Below are positions 37,735 through 51,700 of a stretch of 64,000 nucleotides of DNA, piece after piece. This stretch comes from Eledone cirrhosa (taxonomy: Eukaryota). How positions within the stretch are numbered: position 1 is the stretch's first letter; every line of letters starts with the position of its first letter. Made by a program: the position numbers and the translations under genes. The stretch is taken from assembly GCA_964016885.1 (NCBI GenBank), contig OZ024740.1, forward strand, positions 178,560,001-178,624,000, read 5' to 3'. The notes below the pieces were generated by a model. That model was given only the letters and a program-made list of their open reading frames with translations, did not search any database and was not told the origin of the DNA.

Positions 37735-37822
37735 TCCTCTTGATAAGTCGGCAGACCTCGCAAGGACTCTATATCTTTGATATATTGTTTTTGTTTATGC
37801 CACGAAACTACGTAGTCGAGGA
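37735..37822 (+). ncRNA. Type I hammerhead, U3-A8 core, long stem II
   Basis: TCCTC-TTGATAA-GTCGGCAGAC...GTTTATGCCAC-GAAA-C(TACGTA)G-TC-GAGGA; palindromic CTACGTAG, GUC triplet. Confidence 0.78.
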
Positions 37823-37888
37823 ATTTAGGAACAGTTTAGGTATGATACATTTTATTACTAATTATATCTAAATGTTTCTTCTCTCTTC

Positions 37889-37936
<48 letters not shown>

Positions 37937-37989
37937 TATATAAATATATATATATATATGAAAGTATGCACACGTACACATACACACAT

Positions 37990-38049
<60 letters not shown>

Positions 38050-38197
38050 TGTTATACTTTGGGAGGGTCATGTTGCCAATAAGAAACACACGCACCAGTT
38101 GCTTTCACTTCAATTTATTATATATTTATAAATTTACAAACTTATAAATTTCTGGTTGGTTGGTTGGTTCCACAACCAGATAGTTGTTTATATATAT

Positions 38198-38242
38198 AGT
38201 CATAGTCCTTTCGTCACACACTCTGTGACCTCTTCAGTGACT
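38198..38242 (-). ncRNA. Minimal type I hammerhead
   Basis: Minus strand AGTCA-CTGAAGA-G-GTCACA(GAGTG)TGTGAC-GAAA-GGAC-TA-TGACT. Confidence 0.8.
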
Positions 38243-38383
38243 GGGGATTCCTTTCTTCGTTTCTGTGCCTTTCCTTTCTTCTATCCTACGCCATTTTGTT
38301 TCTGTGTGTGTGTTGTGTGCTCAGACCCGACCATGAGACAGGTTGTACTGGGATACATGTTACCAGTAGCACCAACTGGTGAC

Positions 38384-38441
<58 letters not shown>

Positions 38442-38595
38442 TACACACACACACATATATATATACATATGTACGTATGGGTATATCGAACATTAATAAT
38501 AATGCTCGATTCGTTTGTCAACAAGCGGCCCGATTTGTAGCTGTGCCGTGCCGGTGATCGATCATCACCTGTTTGGTTAAAACTGGCTTTGAGGA

Positions 38596-38638
38596 ACAAT
38601 CAACATGTTTCTGGCTAATTACCTTTCATCAGGACTGT
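38596..38638 (-). ncRNA. Minimal type I hammerhead
   Basis: Minus strand ACAGTC-CTGATGA-AAGGTAATTAGCCA-GAAA-CATG-TT-GATTGT; palindromic CATG; weak stem II. Confidence 0.65.
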
Positions 38639-38971
38639 ATACTTCTGCCAGTCTGTTGAACGGTTGAAGATATATAGTATTTTCTTAAGTACACATCACC
38701 TGAGTAGCCTCATTTGCGTACCTTGCAGAATATTTAAAATAAAATTAGAATTTTATTTCTCCCCTTAGCACAGCTGATACATAAATATAAGCATGCACCT
38801 CGTACACGCACATGTATATATATATACAAACATATGTATATATATACATACATACATAATAATGATCGATATAACCCATACGTATATATATGTATACATG
38901 TATGTATATATATCAGGCTCTGATACCATCAACACTATAAACACAGAGCTGGCATATCTAAGAACTGACTA

Positions 38972-39027
38972 ACTGCCTGATGAGGTCATAGCCATTCAAT
39001 GGCTATCATCGAAATATATATAGCAGT
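38972..39027 (+). ncRNA. Type I hammerhead, canonical core
   Basis: ACTGC-CTGATGA-GGTCATAGCCAT(TCA)ATGGCTATCATC-GAAA-T(ATAT)A-TA-GCAGT. Confidence 0.85.
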
Positions 39028-39084
39028 AAATAAAGGATTATTAGTTCATGCAATTGACTTATGTTTCGTCACTATATATATATA

Positions 39085-39137
<53 letters not shown>

Positions 39138-39225
39138 ATACTTACATTTATGTATCAGCTGTGCTAGGGCTAGAAATAAAATTCTAATTTTATTTATATA
39201 TATATGCATACACACACACACACAG

Positions 39226-39260
<35 letters not shown>

Positions 39261-39262
39261 AC

Positions 39263-39309
<47 letters not shown>

Positions 39310-39310
<1 letters not shown>

Positions 39311-39459
39311 CAATTCTAATTTAGTCCAGAAATAGCCGTCGAAACGGCTTGAGCTCTGCCGCCGGGGTCATACCTTTTCCTATTACCCACTCTATTACCC
39401 TAAGTATTGTCTACTCTGGTGCGTTATGGTCCATCTAGTTCCTTACCACAATTCCTTCG

Positions 39460-39462
<3 letters not shown>
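39310..39462 (+). repeat. pLTR-like fragment (26270-26460 family)
   Basis: Reverse complement of 26270-26410; carries only the hammerhead 3' half. Confidence 0.7.
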
Positions 39463-39525
<63 letters not shown>

Positions 39526-39528
39526 GAC

Positions 39529-39566
<38 letters not shown>

Positions 39567-39649
39567 GGAGAAAGAGGGAGAGAGAAAGAAAGAAGGAGAG
39601 TGACAGGTTACATGTTCAATTTCTGTTTATTGTCATTACATCGCACGCT

Positions 39650-39852
39650 ATGTAAATTTCAAAGGTATTAGAATGTCCTTATTTAATACTTTTGTATTGT
39701 GTTGTCATGAGGCAGGTTCTGAAAATGTAAGCAATGTTTTGTTTTATTATTACATGAAAAACTAAAAGCAAATACAAAACATTGTTTACATTTCAGCATG
39801 TCTCATTAAATACCTATTACAGAAGGACATTTTAATACATTTGAATGTACAT
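39650..39852. repeat. Diverged fold-back
   Basis: TCAAAGGTATTAGAATGTCCTT / AAGGACATTTTAATACATTTGA and CTGAAAATGTAAGCAATGTTTTG / CAAAACATTGTTTACATTTCAG. Confidence 0.7.
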
Positions 39853-40370
39853 GAAAATAAACTGACGTTTTTATAAATAACTGAAGTAAAACAGTATCTC
39901 TTCTTCTTTCTTAATATGGATACTCCGTCTGATACCATATACGAAATACCATATGATACTCATGAAAATGGGTGCTTATGCCTGATTACACCCTAGATGG
40001 TTGATTGAATACAGATTATTGAAACACAGACACACATATAGATATGCGCAGTTGTATATGTGTATATATATATATATGTCTTAGTATATGTGTATGTGTA
40101 GCTGTGTTTCTATGTTTTTTTAAGGTTGAGACAGATTAAAAATTCGGTCTTGTTTGTTCTTGTTTCGTCACTGAGCAGTTCGGAGAATAGAAATTAATAA
40201 AAGAAGTACAAGACTTTTAAAAATAAGTATTGAATTCGATACAATCAACCAAACCTTTCACTGTCTAACCATCGTCGCAGTTCAATGCATGAAGCTTGGA
40301 GAATTTAAAAAATATGACACTAAAGCCGATCAGTTTATTGATAATATATAATGGTTCTTATTGATGTGAA

Positions 40371-40485
40371 GGCATGTGGCTGAGTGGTTAAAGAATTGGA
40401 TTCGCAATCGTGAGGTTGTGAGTTCGATGTCCGGACCGGGCTATGCGTTATATCCTTGAGCAAGACACTTTATTTCACGTTGCTT
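40371..40485 (+). mobile_element. tRNA-derived SINE head, second family
   Basis: A box TGGCTGAGTGG, B box GTTCGATGTCC, then TCCTTGAGCAAGACACTT as in V/CORE-like SINE bodies; no tRNA acceptor-stem closure. Confidence 0.75.
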
Positions 40486-40888
40486 CTTGTACCTGGAATT
40501 GCGATCGATAGATATTATTAGCAACTGGAAAGACCAATGGAAACATTGTTTCCTTGGTCCGATTTGACGAAAGTCGATCGTTCCTTTATTGATGTTATTG
40601 GGATGGAGGAAAATAAATATACATTATGATATATATGACTTCTATAAAGGATGTTGCTGTTGGGTGAAATTAAACTAGTCTACATCTATTCTTTTAGTTA
40701 TGGAGACTGTACTGTAGTCTCTTTTTTAATGTCAAAGTAGGATGAGAATATGAATTTAATTCTAATATACATTAAACTATTAAGATATTATATTTAATGT
40801 TAATTTAGAAATAGTGGGTGTTCTTAAGTGTAAAACAATAAGACCAGATTTAATGGAGCACTCAATACATATTAATCTCTTGAGTTTG

Positions 40889-40920
<32 letters not shown>

Positions 40921-41437
40921 CCGTTATTTCTAATATGATAACCCAAATTATGTCGAAACGGAAAATCTAGCCATAAAACAAAGAAATATTTACTTTTGAT
41001 ATAAATCTATTCTATTCAAATCATAAAGGCCTATTTACATACATATTATAACATGATTTTATTCTTGACTAAAACTACTCCCATATCAATAAGTTAAGCA
41101 CATAAAATCATGTTCGGCAGCACGTAATAAGTTAAAGATCAAGAATTAATAACGCATTCTGGAAGACGACCATGTTATAATGGACATATGAAATGTTTAG
41201 CTGCAATGTTCTTCTGGCGCTTACAGTAATTCAAAGTAACAAGAAAACTAAACATTTCGTTATTAATCATTTCCCATTAAGACAGTACTTATAACGTAAG
41301 AAATGTGCTATGACATCCATCTATAAATATGAAATATATCTTTATTTGATGAGGTAACAAGTGAATAATACCATCGTTAGTCATATGATTTTAACGTGGT
41401 ACAAACCCTTCATCGATATACCTAGGGGAGAGATGTA

Positions 41438-42256
41438 CATTACCTATTGAGTACGCTGAGATACAACTGGTACTAGCAGTGAAACCCATGCTAGTCCTGT
41501 CAACTTATTATTATCTTCTCCCAGCTAGCAGATTAACAATGAGAGTAAGTTGTACAATTTTCCATATTTTTTATTATGTTTTGTTTAATATGCGCTCTAA
41601 TACATGTTCTATCTTTCTCTCTCACCCACCTATTGAATCGTGCAAATTCGAATTCTAACCAGCGCGCTAACTCTAAATCCTTGTCCAATCGACTGTTGGC
41701 ATTTAATGTCCGGAAAGGTTTTAGGCACTACCATTGTTACTGTCACACTATTTCTCACCATGGTACTGGGAGAGTAGAGCCGAATGCTGCCATTCTATTG
41801 TACAGCGATTGGAGAGCGGAACTATTTGAATGTTGCCCCCCCCCCCCCCCGTCAGGTAAATTTCTGAACAAGTAACCAATCGGTTGATGGCATTGTGATG
41901 ACGCGTAAGGATTTCACTTGCTAATGTTTTACTGTGTTGACCGTCACATGCACTGTCAGAGCCGACACGGACTGGAATCGAATTCTGTCGATCGATTGGT
42001 TATTGAAGCCACATGTGCCGATTGTGCATTGTTGCATATTAAAGGCAGACAGTAGATGCTGTGCACTCTATTGCTGTGTTACGTGTGCCCGAAACTCGAG
42101 TACGGGTATATATTGAAGGTACCCATTTACGTATGTTGTATTGAAGCGAATAACTATGTGTCTACTGACGGACCTTACATAACATTACCTATTGAGTACG
42201 CTGAGATGCAACCGGTTCTAGCAGTGAAACCTATGCTAGTCCCGTCAACGTATTAT
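41438..42256. repeat. About 75-bp direct repeats bracketing a CpG/CCAAT-rich segment
   Basis: ACATTACCTATTGAGTACGCTGAGAT..CTAGCAGTGAAACC..TGCTAGTCC..TCAAC at about 41438-41512 and 42182-42256. Confidence 0.8.
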
Positions 42257-42519
42257 ATATACATATATATATATATATATAAGGGGAGCTCTTTCAGAGT
42301 TTTTGATTACAAAATGTTTCATCCATGGTTAGTTGTCCTCCCAAAATGATGCTAGCGTGTCTCACTAAGCGCTCAATCCTCGAGTCACGTTTTCTTGATG
42401 CAAATCTTTAGCAATCACCAATGCTTGCATCTATACATAATGTGTATAACATACAAGATACATGATAAGATGTATGAAAATTAAATTCAGATGATATAAT
42501 CATTTCCGCGCATAGGTGG

Positions 42520-42668
42520 CGAATTTTCAGAGTTGTAAGAACATCGAATAGAACTCTTTGCTGTATTTGTTCCGGCTCTCTGCCCCTTGAGTTCAAATCC
42601 CGTGAAGGTTAACTCTTCCTTCCAGCCTTTCAAAATCAATGAAAAGATTACCAATCTTGTACTGGTAT
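42520..42668 (+). mobile_element. Diverged SINE
   Basis: TGAGTTCAAATCCCGTGAAGGTTAACT..TACCAATCTTGTACTGG. Confidence 0.55.
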
Positions 42669-43909
42669 CTGCCTCTATATCTCTTTCTGGCTTCCTCTTT
42701 ATCACTCTCTCTTCTCTGGAAAAAAAATCAGACTCGGAGAGGAAATGAGCTCCACCAGGTTTCAAAAAATGCCCAATAAACGCCATTTGTCATTACCCAG
42801 TTCCTACGAATTCAGCAGGATTTACGGGTTTTAAAGAGAGAATCATTCCTACAAACCTCTCAGGAATGGAAATTTACTTCATATTTTTTATTTTATAATA
42901 TTCTATTTTAATCGTCTTGTTTTTTTTAGATTTCTATGGCTGCTCACTAAAATCCATTTATTATATGACTGTTAACTTGGCATTTTTTGAAGCAATATTT
43001 ATGGTTGTTTGCAATTCCGTTCTATACACAATATATCAAACACCTTCCACTATCAGCGTGCTCATTTTGCATTGATAAAGATTTACATTTGAAGTCAGTG
43101 AATTGATACTGAAAGCATTAAAGAAGCGGGTGAAATACCTTTTAGATTGTTTTCCGACTGTTTACATTCTGCGATCAAATCCGACCGAGGTCAATTGCGT
43201 GTTTCATCTGTTTGAAGTCGATTGAGGAATCAACAGGCTGGACTAACAGGTCGTTTTGTGGTATTTGTTCAAAGTACTTTTTTTGTTCTGAGTTCAAATA
43301 CTGGCGGAGTCTGCCAGTTGCCATCGAAACATTGGACCCCATCATGTACAAGTCGTTTTCAACGATGGAGAGCCTAAAGATTATTATTAGACTTACTTAG
43401 AGCAGATTATAATACTTGTGATGGAGATATTTCTCTAGTCATATTCATCCATTGGAAATCACTATCTAAAAGTTAAACACCCCCCCCCTCTCCCCCCACA
43501 CATACACACTGAATCCCGAGGCAACAATAACCTACGAATCACTTTAATTTAACACACTGCGCCCTATAGACCAGTCTCTTTTGCAGTTTCCTACTAGATC
43601 ACTAGTTCCATTTCCACAAACATTTTTTTACCTTCCATTTATTTACATGCAAATAAATAGAAACTGCATCAATTACTCCAGAAACTTTCATACCATCTCT
43701 GAATAACTAAATACTTTCGAAGCTTTGATCACCAGCAGTATATTCACTTATTGTTTATTATGTGCTAGAGAAAATAGGCCAAATCAGCAACACTTATGAA
43801 AAAGAAACTACATTGTAAGTTGTGCTAACAAATGGTGAAAGATACTATGACTAGTCTATCTGAGTCACAAGGCATTGGATTGCAGGATGAGAAAAAGAAA
43901 AGGAAACTC

Positions 43910-43910
<1 letters not shown>

Positions 43911-43971
<61 letters not shown>

Positions 43972-44125
43972 CAGTAGCAGCAGCAACGGCAGCAGCAAAA
44001 GAAGCAGCAACAGCAGCAGCAGCAGCAACAGCAAAAGCAGCAGCAGCAACAACAGCAGTAGTAGTAGTAGTAACAGTACTACCAGCAGTAGCAGCTGCAA
44101 CAGTAGTAGTAGTAGTAGTAGTAGA
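43911..44125. repeat. (TAG)n/(CAG)n microsatellite
   Basis: Seen directly; explains the poly-S, poly-L and poly-V ORFs. Confidence 0.95.
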
Positions 44126-44414
44126 ACCGGTTGTTGTAGTAATATTAGCAGTAGTGAGTTATTTAGCTCCAAGCGAGCATTCCTTCTACAAAACTATGGT
44201 AGAAGACACTCCAGCTGTGACCATCTAGTGCATGTTATGACTACATCCTGCAAATATAACGCCAGGGTGTGGTTTGAATGCTGTGTAACGCTATATTTAT
44301 TAGGACGAGCGATTAGGAAGAGCATCTGTCGCTGCATAGCAGTATTAGTATTTGTACCATCAATATTAGTAGCTGTAGCAGCCGCAACACCAGTAGAAAT
44401 AATAGTTGTAGTAA

Positions 44415-44604
44415 TAATTGTTTCTACTTTTGGCACAAGGCCAGCAATTATCCCAGTGTATTACTGGTACTTTATTTTATCGACCCCGTAAGGTTGAAAG
44501 GCAAAGTTAACATCGGCGGGATTTGAACTCAGAATGGCAAGGGCCGTAACTCTATGTGTCAAAGCATGGCGTCCGACCCTCTACCGATACTGCCAATTCA
44601 CCAA
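44415..44604 (-). mobile_element. Near-full-length tRNA-derived SINE
   Basis: Minus strand A box TGGCAGTATCGG and B box GTTCAAATCC; same body as 1462-1611. Confidence 0.87.
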
Positions 44605-45235
44605 GTTGTTGTAATAATAGTAGCAGTTGTTTTTGTGTTTGTTGTTGTTGTTGTCGTACTCTGGGCCTTAGTTGAAAAGGTCAGATAATAAATAATATCA
44701 CTATGTTGGCAATTAACGAAGGTTAGAAAATGAAAACATATATATAAATAATAAAACTAAAATAAACAGAAAAAGAAATAAAAACAGGAACTGTACAAAA
44801 CAAAGCAAAAATTATGGAATACGAATAATAGATAAAATGGCGGAATGCCAGTCATGGGATTCGCTAACAGTGACCTCTGGTGCTGGAAGGAAAAAACTTG
44901 AATGATCGATACCAAACAATTCTGTAGCTTTCAACTTTAACTTAATATTGACAAAAATTCGATTACATAGGATAATTTAAATCACATTGTCAGCGATCGT
45001 TGCTTATATCTACACCCCACCCCCTCTAAACACACAGCAAGGGCGTGCGTATAAGGATAGATATGCACGTACACTCTCCTACATATTCACACACACACGC
45101 GCGCACGCACACACACATACACACACAAACATATATGTGTGTGCGTGGGGGCGAGTGTATATATGAATATATATATATATATGTATGTATGTATGTGCAT
45201 ATATATGTATAGATATGCATATGTATATATATATG

Positions 45236-45345
<110 letters not shown>

Positions 45346-45768
45346 AATATATATGGTTTCATATACACACACACACATATATATATACATATATATATAT
45401 GCATATATATATATGTATATATATATATACATATATATGCATAAATATCCATATATATATATTCATATATATATATACACGCACACATGTATAAATATAT
45501 AAGCACGCACAAACTGCGTGGGATTAAAGCGCGTGTGATAAAGGGTCAGATTGATATATGAGCTTTTACATAAACACACGCATACACGAATAAGTATACT
45601 CACACACACATACACACACATACATGCACTCAATCTCTCTTTTGATTCTATATATTTATATTCGGTTCTCTCTCATGCTACATAGATAAGTTTATATATA
45701 TAAATATACACACACACACACACACACACACATACACACACACACACACATATATATATATGTATATA

Positions 45769-45850
<82 letters not shown>

Positions 45851-46559
45851 CATGTATTATATATGCAAATATGTATATGTGTGGGTGAATATACTTCTAT
45901 ATGTCGGCGCGTTAGCTATAGGCACTAATAAATATTGATACATCTATTTATTAGGTTAGGTAATATATAGCGTATTATAATGTGCGTGCATGAGCATATA
46001 TATATATATATATACATACATAGATCCACACATACACACACACACACATATATATATATGCATACACATATGCATATATATATTTACATTTACATACACA
46101 TACATAGATATATTCATAAATATATATGCATGTCTATATATATATATATATATATATATACCCAAATATAAGTGTGTCTCTGTGTGTATAGAAATATTCA
46201 TGTGTATACGCATGCATACATGATTTTATGTGCCTTGTGAGGTTACACGAACGCCAGAAATCCGCTATCATCGTCACCCGTCTGAACTGGCAGTGGATAG
46301 AACTAGCAGTAACACTGGCTCCAGTTTGGCTGCAACGTGCAGATAAAATGTCCACTTTCATTCCGCTTAGACCTACATAATCGCGAACACAGTCATGTAT
46401 ATACGCATGCGTCCATAAACAAAAACAAACTCTTTCCCACACACACACACACACACACAAACTTACACACACGTGTGTGTGTGTGTATCCTTACATACAG
46501 TCTGGTCTGATGAATTCAAACATATGGGCACTCTCCCACGCATACAATACACCCCCCAT

Positions 46560-46636
<77 letters not shown>

Positions 46637-46994
46637 CACAGACAGACACAGACAGACACACACACACACACAAATTACACCATCTCACTAGCACAAAAGA
46701 AAAGCTCATGATTTCACATAAATTAGCTGCGATATGGATGAATGTTGAAAAACTCAATTTTGTTCTTACTTCTACTAAATTTTCTTCCTTCCACGAGTTT
46801 TTCTTCCTTCTCATATACTGTTTAATAGTAGGAGGAAAAAAAAATCTTTTCTTCCTAAGATTGACCAATTTTACTGCCAATGCTTGTGATAGAGTGGTTT
46901 CCTTTAAAAGCCAGCGAGTTCTAGTTGGTTGTCTCAAAGTAATCGACAGATTAAATCTACTTTCATATACGAGTCTAAAATCTAAAGTCTGTCT

Positions 46995-47085
46995 CGAGCA
47001 CGATGGCTCATGAGGCCAGTGCTTATCCAGTTTCCCTGGTATTAAGAGACTGAGATTACTTGACTTCCCTCTGGAGAGGACGCCA
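46995..47085 (-). mobile_element. Old SINE 3' fragment, Nin/Deu-SINE-like
   Basis: GCCAGTGCTTATCCAGTTTC..GACTGAGATTACTTGACTTCCCTCTGGA resembles, from memory, the reverse strand of Nin-type SINE tails. Confidence 0.35.
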
Positions 47086-48350
47086 TAAGATTTGGAAGGT
47101 TGAAAAAAGCTTGTCGACTCAGAGTTAGATCAACATCAAGCATAAAGTACCGATAAACATAGTATTTTTTATTTCCTTAGTAAAGAATTTCTATTGCTTT
47201 TAAAACAGGAAGCATTTGGGGTTGTAACATTAAAGATTTTTCCCGAATGTATTATCATATCAAGAGAAGATAACAAGTAAATGAAAGATTTTTACAAAGA
47301 ATAGAAAGCGTTTCGGAAACCTATTCTACGTTTGTCACATGCTATCTAAGCTATAATAAAGAAAGGAGTGCGGGATTGCATCCAGAATATATTATTTTTA
47401 CTCCGTTTGTAAAATAAGTTGGATTGCTTTGAATAGATAATGAATGAATATTACATAATTTATCTACTAATTTTCGTGGCTGTTGATTTAATATATTTTA
47501 TAGCTTATTTAAAGATTCACTTCTTTAAAATTGTCAAATATCAACACTTCTGGTTAGCGGCCGTTATATTATAACACTTATAATCGCATATATTTCCGTC
47601 ACTAATCTTCTGCTAATGCCGTGTATATATAATATCGTCTTTTTCTTATGTATCATGGATTACGTTACTGATTACATAAGTCAGTGTAACATAGAATTCG
47701 TTCAATTTCTGTGTATATTGTCAATTACGATTTTATTTACATGCATATATATGTGTGTATAATATCAATACACAAACTACACATGCTAGCAAAAAACTAC
47801 CCGCCGGTTGGTTTTTCTGCTAGTTAGTATAATGACTGATTTATACGAAACGTATTGCAGAACCAAGCTGTTCTATTGTCATAAATGGTAGTGAGTCATA
47901 TTTGCTGTATTTGCTCCGTCAGTCTAAGTTCTGGTTTCAAATTTCACAAACGTCAATTTCCAATGCATTCTTTTGTAGTAGATAAAATAAAATCCCCGTC
48001 AAGCACTGGGGAACAATTTCTCCCTCTCAAACACAGAATAGAATTCTGATTTGAACTAGAAAAGTAAGATTTCCAATCTGAACTATTTCATCTAACTGAA
48101 AACCTAACTTCAGCAAATAACTTTTCAACCTCTATACCAATTCTATCTATCTACGGCGCTGTTATGAGCAAAATGTTGTCAGTATAACGTCTCAAAGTTA
48201 TAATCATCGACAAAATTTATTACTAACGATCGAAGACTTCTTGGAAATATAAATGTAATATTCCCCTATCGCTCAGTCTTTCTTCTCTCTATTTCAATTT
48301 TTCCAACCTTATGCTTTAGACTTTAACTTGTATAATTTATTATTTACGAC

Positions 48351-48441
<91 letters not shown>

Positions 48442-48635
48442 ATTCCCTTTCTACTTCGTTCAATCACCCTATATTTTTCCTCTCATCTACACTGATTTCT
48501 CTTTTCTTTTTTTTTCTTTTTTCCAGTATATATTACTCAATTTCTCATTCATTATTTATTCTCTTTCAGTTTTTCCTTCTATCTTTCTCTTTCAATGTTG
48601 CCGTCACTTTGTTACTCGTATATCTCCACACAATC

Positions 48636-48681
<46 letters not shown>

Positions 48682-48829
48682 TAAATTCACACACACACAC
48701 ACACAGAGACACACACATATATAGACACACACACATACATTTTCAAATAAGACGTTTTCTTTTCCTTTAGTATTTCATTCTTAGTTTTGCTGCCTCTGTT
48801 TATCTAATTATATATGTAATAGTTTGTGC

Positions 48830-48879
<50 letters not shown>

Positions 48880-50585
48880 GTGTGCGCGTGTGGATATATA
48901 TATATATGTGTGTGTGTGTATTTGTGTGTGTATGAGCGTGTGTGTAAGTGTGTGTCTTTGAATATGTATTAATCATAATTTATTTTCACAGGAGACACGC
49001 ATTCACCAAGGTCCCATCATTCATTGTACACGGTCATGTCCAATAGTTAGGAATAAAGAAGAAAAGACGATCTACATTGATTTGCCATAACGGTTAATTA
49101 TTTCAGTTTTTATCAGCTTCCAAACAGCCTATGTCTAATACAGCTTGAATTCTCTTCTATAGCTCTGCGGTTCCAAAGCCTTTATACATCCTAGCCTTTA
49201 ATGGGAACGAATATGATGTGTAATGTATCGCTGATACTTATCTAAATAGTCTTTCTAAAGCCGTTTCTCGCTCTGCTAAATTCTCTAAGCTTTCGGCTCT
49301 TGGTTCATAAATCCTTCTCGTAAAACCCATAACATCGTTTAATTCTCTTCCTTGTGTGCCTTGAATTAAATCTCCAGTAAGGACAATTAATTTTGCTGCT
49401 TCACTTAATCATAATAGCATGCAAATATAATTCTCCCTCGCCGTTGGTCGTTGAGGTGGATCAGAGACCAGAAACCAGACGGTTGCACATTTAGTGATGA
49501 CGACGTTCGAATCTACGCCAGAATGATCAAGGAAGAGTAAACAGTGTCACAAAACAAAATTTGTTAACTTATTAAAAAAATACAATTCATTCGGTAGAAG
49601 AAAGAAAAAAATACATGCTTTGTCAGTAATACTTGGAACATTTTCTGAGAACAGCTAATTTAACCATTTTAACCAGAAATATCTTCATAGACAGATAATT
49701 CAATCAATCTTGTGAGAGGATCGAAGGACATACGTTCGCTTTGTATACATTTACAAGTTGCTTTTATGTTCAAACGAAAGCTAGCACCAACTTATTTCTC
49801 ATACTTCTATAAGTTTGAAAAGTTTGAACAGACGTAAACTTTAGATAATGTAAATAACAATGTTCTATCAAATCATGATTACCGTACACATATAGCCGAA
49901 GCAAATTGAGAATTTGTGACTATCAGGCTCTTTTAAAAATATATATAAACACCTGAAATCATTATCGAGAGTTTCGAAACATAATTGTGTACCAGGTTCG
50001 ACTTCTGTAGTAAAATAAGCTCAGGATATGATTATTTGACTGTTTAATTTCAGTTATATACATATATGTATGCAAAAAGTAAATGGAAACAACACAAGGA
50101 ACAACACAGTACGTTGAAGAAATACACTAGTTTAATACTTGATATCGTAGGAAAGGTTATTCACGTTTCAGACACTAGTCCTTCATCAGAAGATAATATC
50201 ACAAATAAAAGATGGAATAGAAAGATAGAAATTGAGAAGCGGAAGGAAGAGAATTATTTTTTAAATGAAAACGCACGTGTGTATTCATAATATATAAGAA
50301 ATTATAATACGAAATTGAAGAGAAACCCATAGAGGTGTGTCCTTGCTCATGTAGGTCAGCTTGATTGTACCCCGATGTGATTGATATCGAAACAATTGTA
50401 ATATGAAAATAAAATTTGTACATATGCTGCAACAGTGACTTCGATTCTACTTACTCTATTTACACTCTACTCACTACAGCCGTAACACTGGAATACAACC
50501 CTAAACGAAATAGATCTCGTAACAACATTGACTGTTTTGAACGGCGCGCCGCCTGTAACTGTTGTTACACAACTAACATATATTC

Positions 50586-50670
<85 letters not shown>

Positions 50671-50742
50671 TGTGTGTGTGTGTATGTGAGAGAAAGAGAG
50701 AGAAAGAGAGAGAAAGAGAGAGAAAGATATAGAGAGAGAGAG

Positions 50743-50857
<115 letters not shown>

Positions 50858-51097
50858 GAGAGTGTGTCTGTGTGTGACGAAATATTATAGAAAGCGGGAG
50901 GTGTTCTGGGCACGTATACCGAATTCACAACCCCTTTCAGAGCTTACTCCAATTTCCACTTAAATCTGATTTACTAACGCGTATATTTTTTGCAGTTCTT
51001 TGTAAGGTGTCACAATTGTTAACCACTAATTCATGACGAAAAGCTATACATATATATAGTTGGAAACATATATAAAATCTGAACCACTTACGATGTA

Positions 51098-51184
<87 letters not shown>

Positions 51185-51557
51185 ACACACACCTACACAC
51201 ACAGACACTCTCACACACACATTCACACACATACATATGATAAACATTAACTTTATCACAATTGTGATTCTATCTTCGTACATGGTATAATTTGTAGTAA
51301 CTAGGATATGTTTTGGGGCTCACTGGAGTCTATTTAAGTATGATTGTTTTATAATATGATATTGTAATGTATGCATTGCATGCGTGATTCCGAGGGAGTC
51401 GTAGGGGTGCCGTAGTGGCATAGGGCGTTGTTTGGGCATTTAAAACCTGGCGGAGCCCATTTCCTCTCCCGGTCCGAATACAGCAATGTTCTTCTAGAGG
51501 ATAGATAAGAGTGAGAGAATGGCAATGAGAAAGAGATATAAAGAAAGAACCAACTAG

Positions 51558-51700
51558 ACTGGTACTTGTTTTATCGACCTCGAAATTATGAAAGGCAACG
51601 TTGACCTCGGCAGGATTTGAACTCAGAACAGAGAGCCAGAACGAATAACGCAAAGCCCTCTTTCCGACGTTCGACGACTCAACCAATTTGTCGCCTTCCA
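51558..51700 (-). mobile_element. tRNA-derived SINE
   Basis: TTTATCGACCTCGAAA..GAAAGGCAACGTTGACCTCGGCAGGATTTGAACTCAGAAC. Confidence 0.8.

Larger units (their letters stand above)
37032..37893. mobile_element. pLTR/retrozyme-like element with interleaved inverted repeats
   Basis: 37032-37129 is inverted at 37373-37471; 37200-37373 is inverted at 37720-37893; arms are near-identical; (TA)n flanks; no ORF. Confidence 0.85.

Noticed and set aside
40371-40450. Possible tRNA gene
   Set aside because: It has A and B boxes but no closed cloverleaf, and continues into a SINE body.
48980-49420. Splice-acceptor-like TTTTCACAG and a minus-strand LIVLTGD peptide
   Set aside because: No supported exon; the peptide may be an ancient LINE endonuclease remnant but is too decayed to call.
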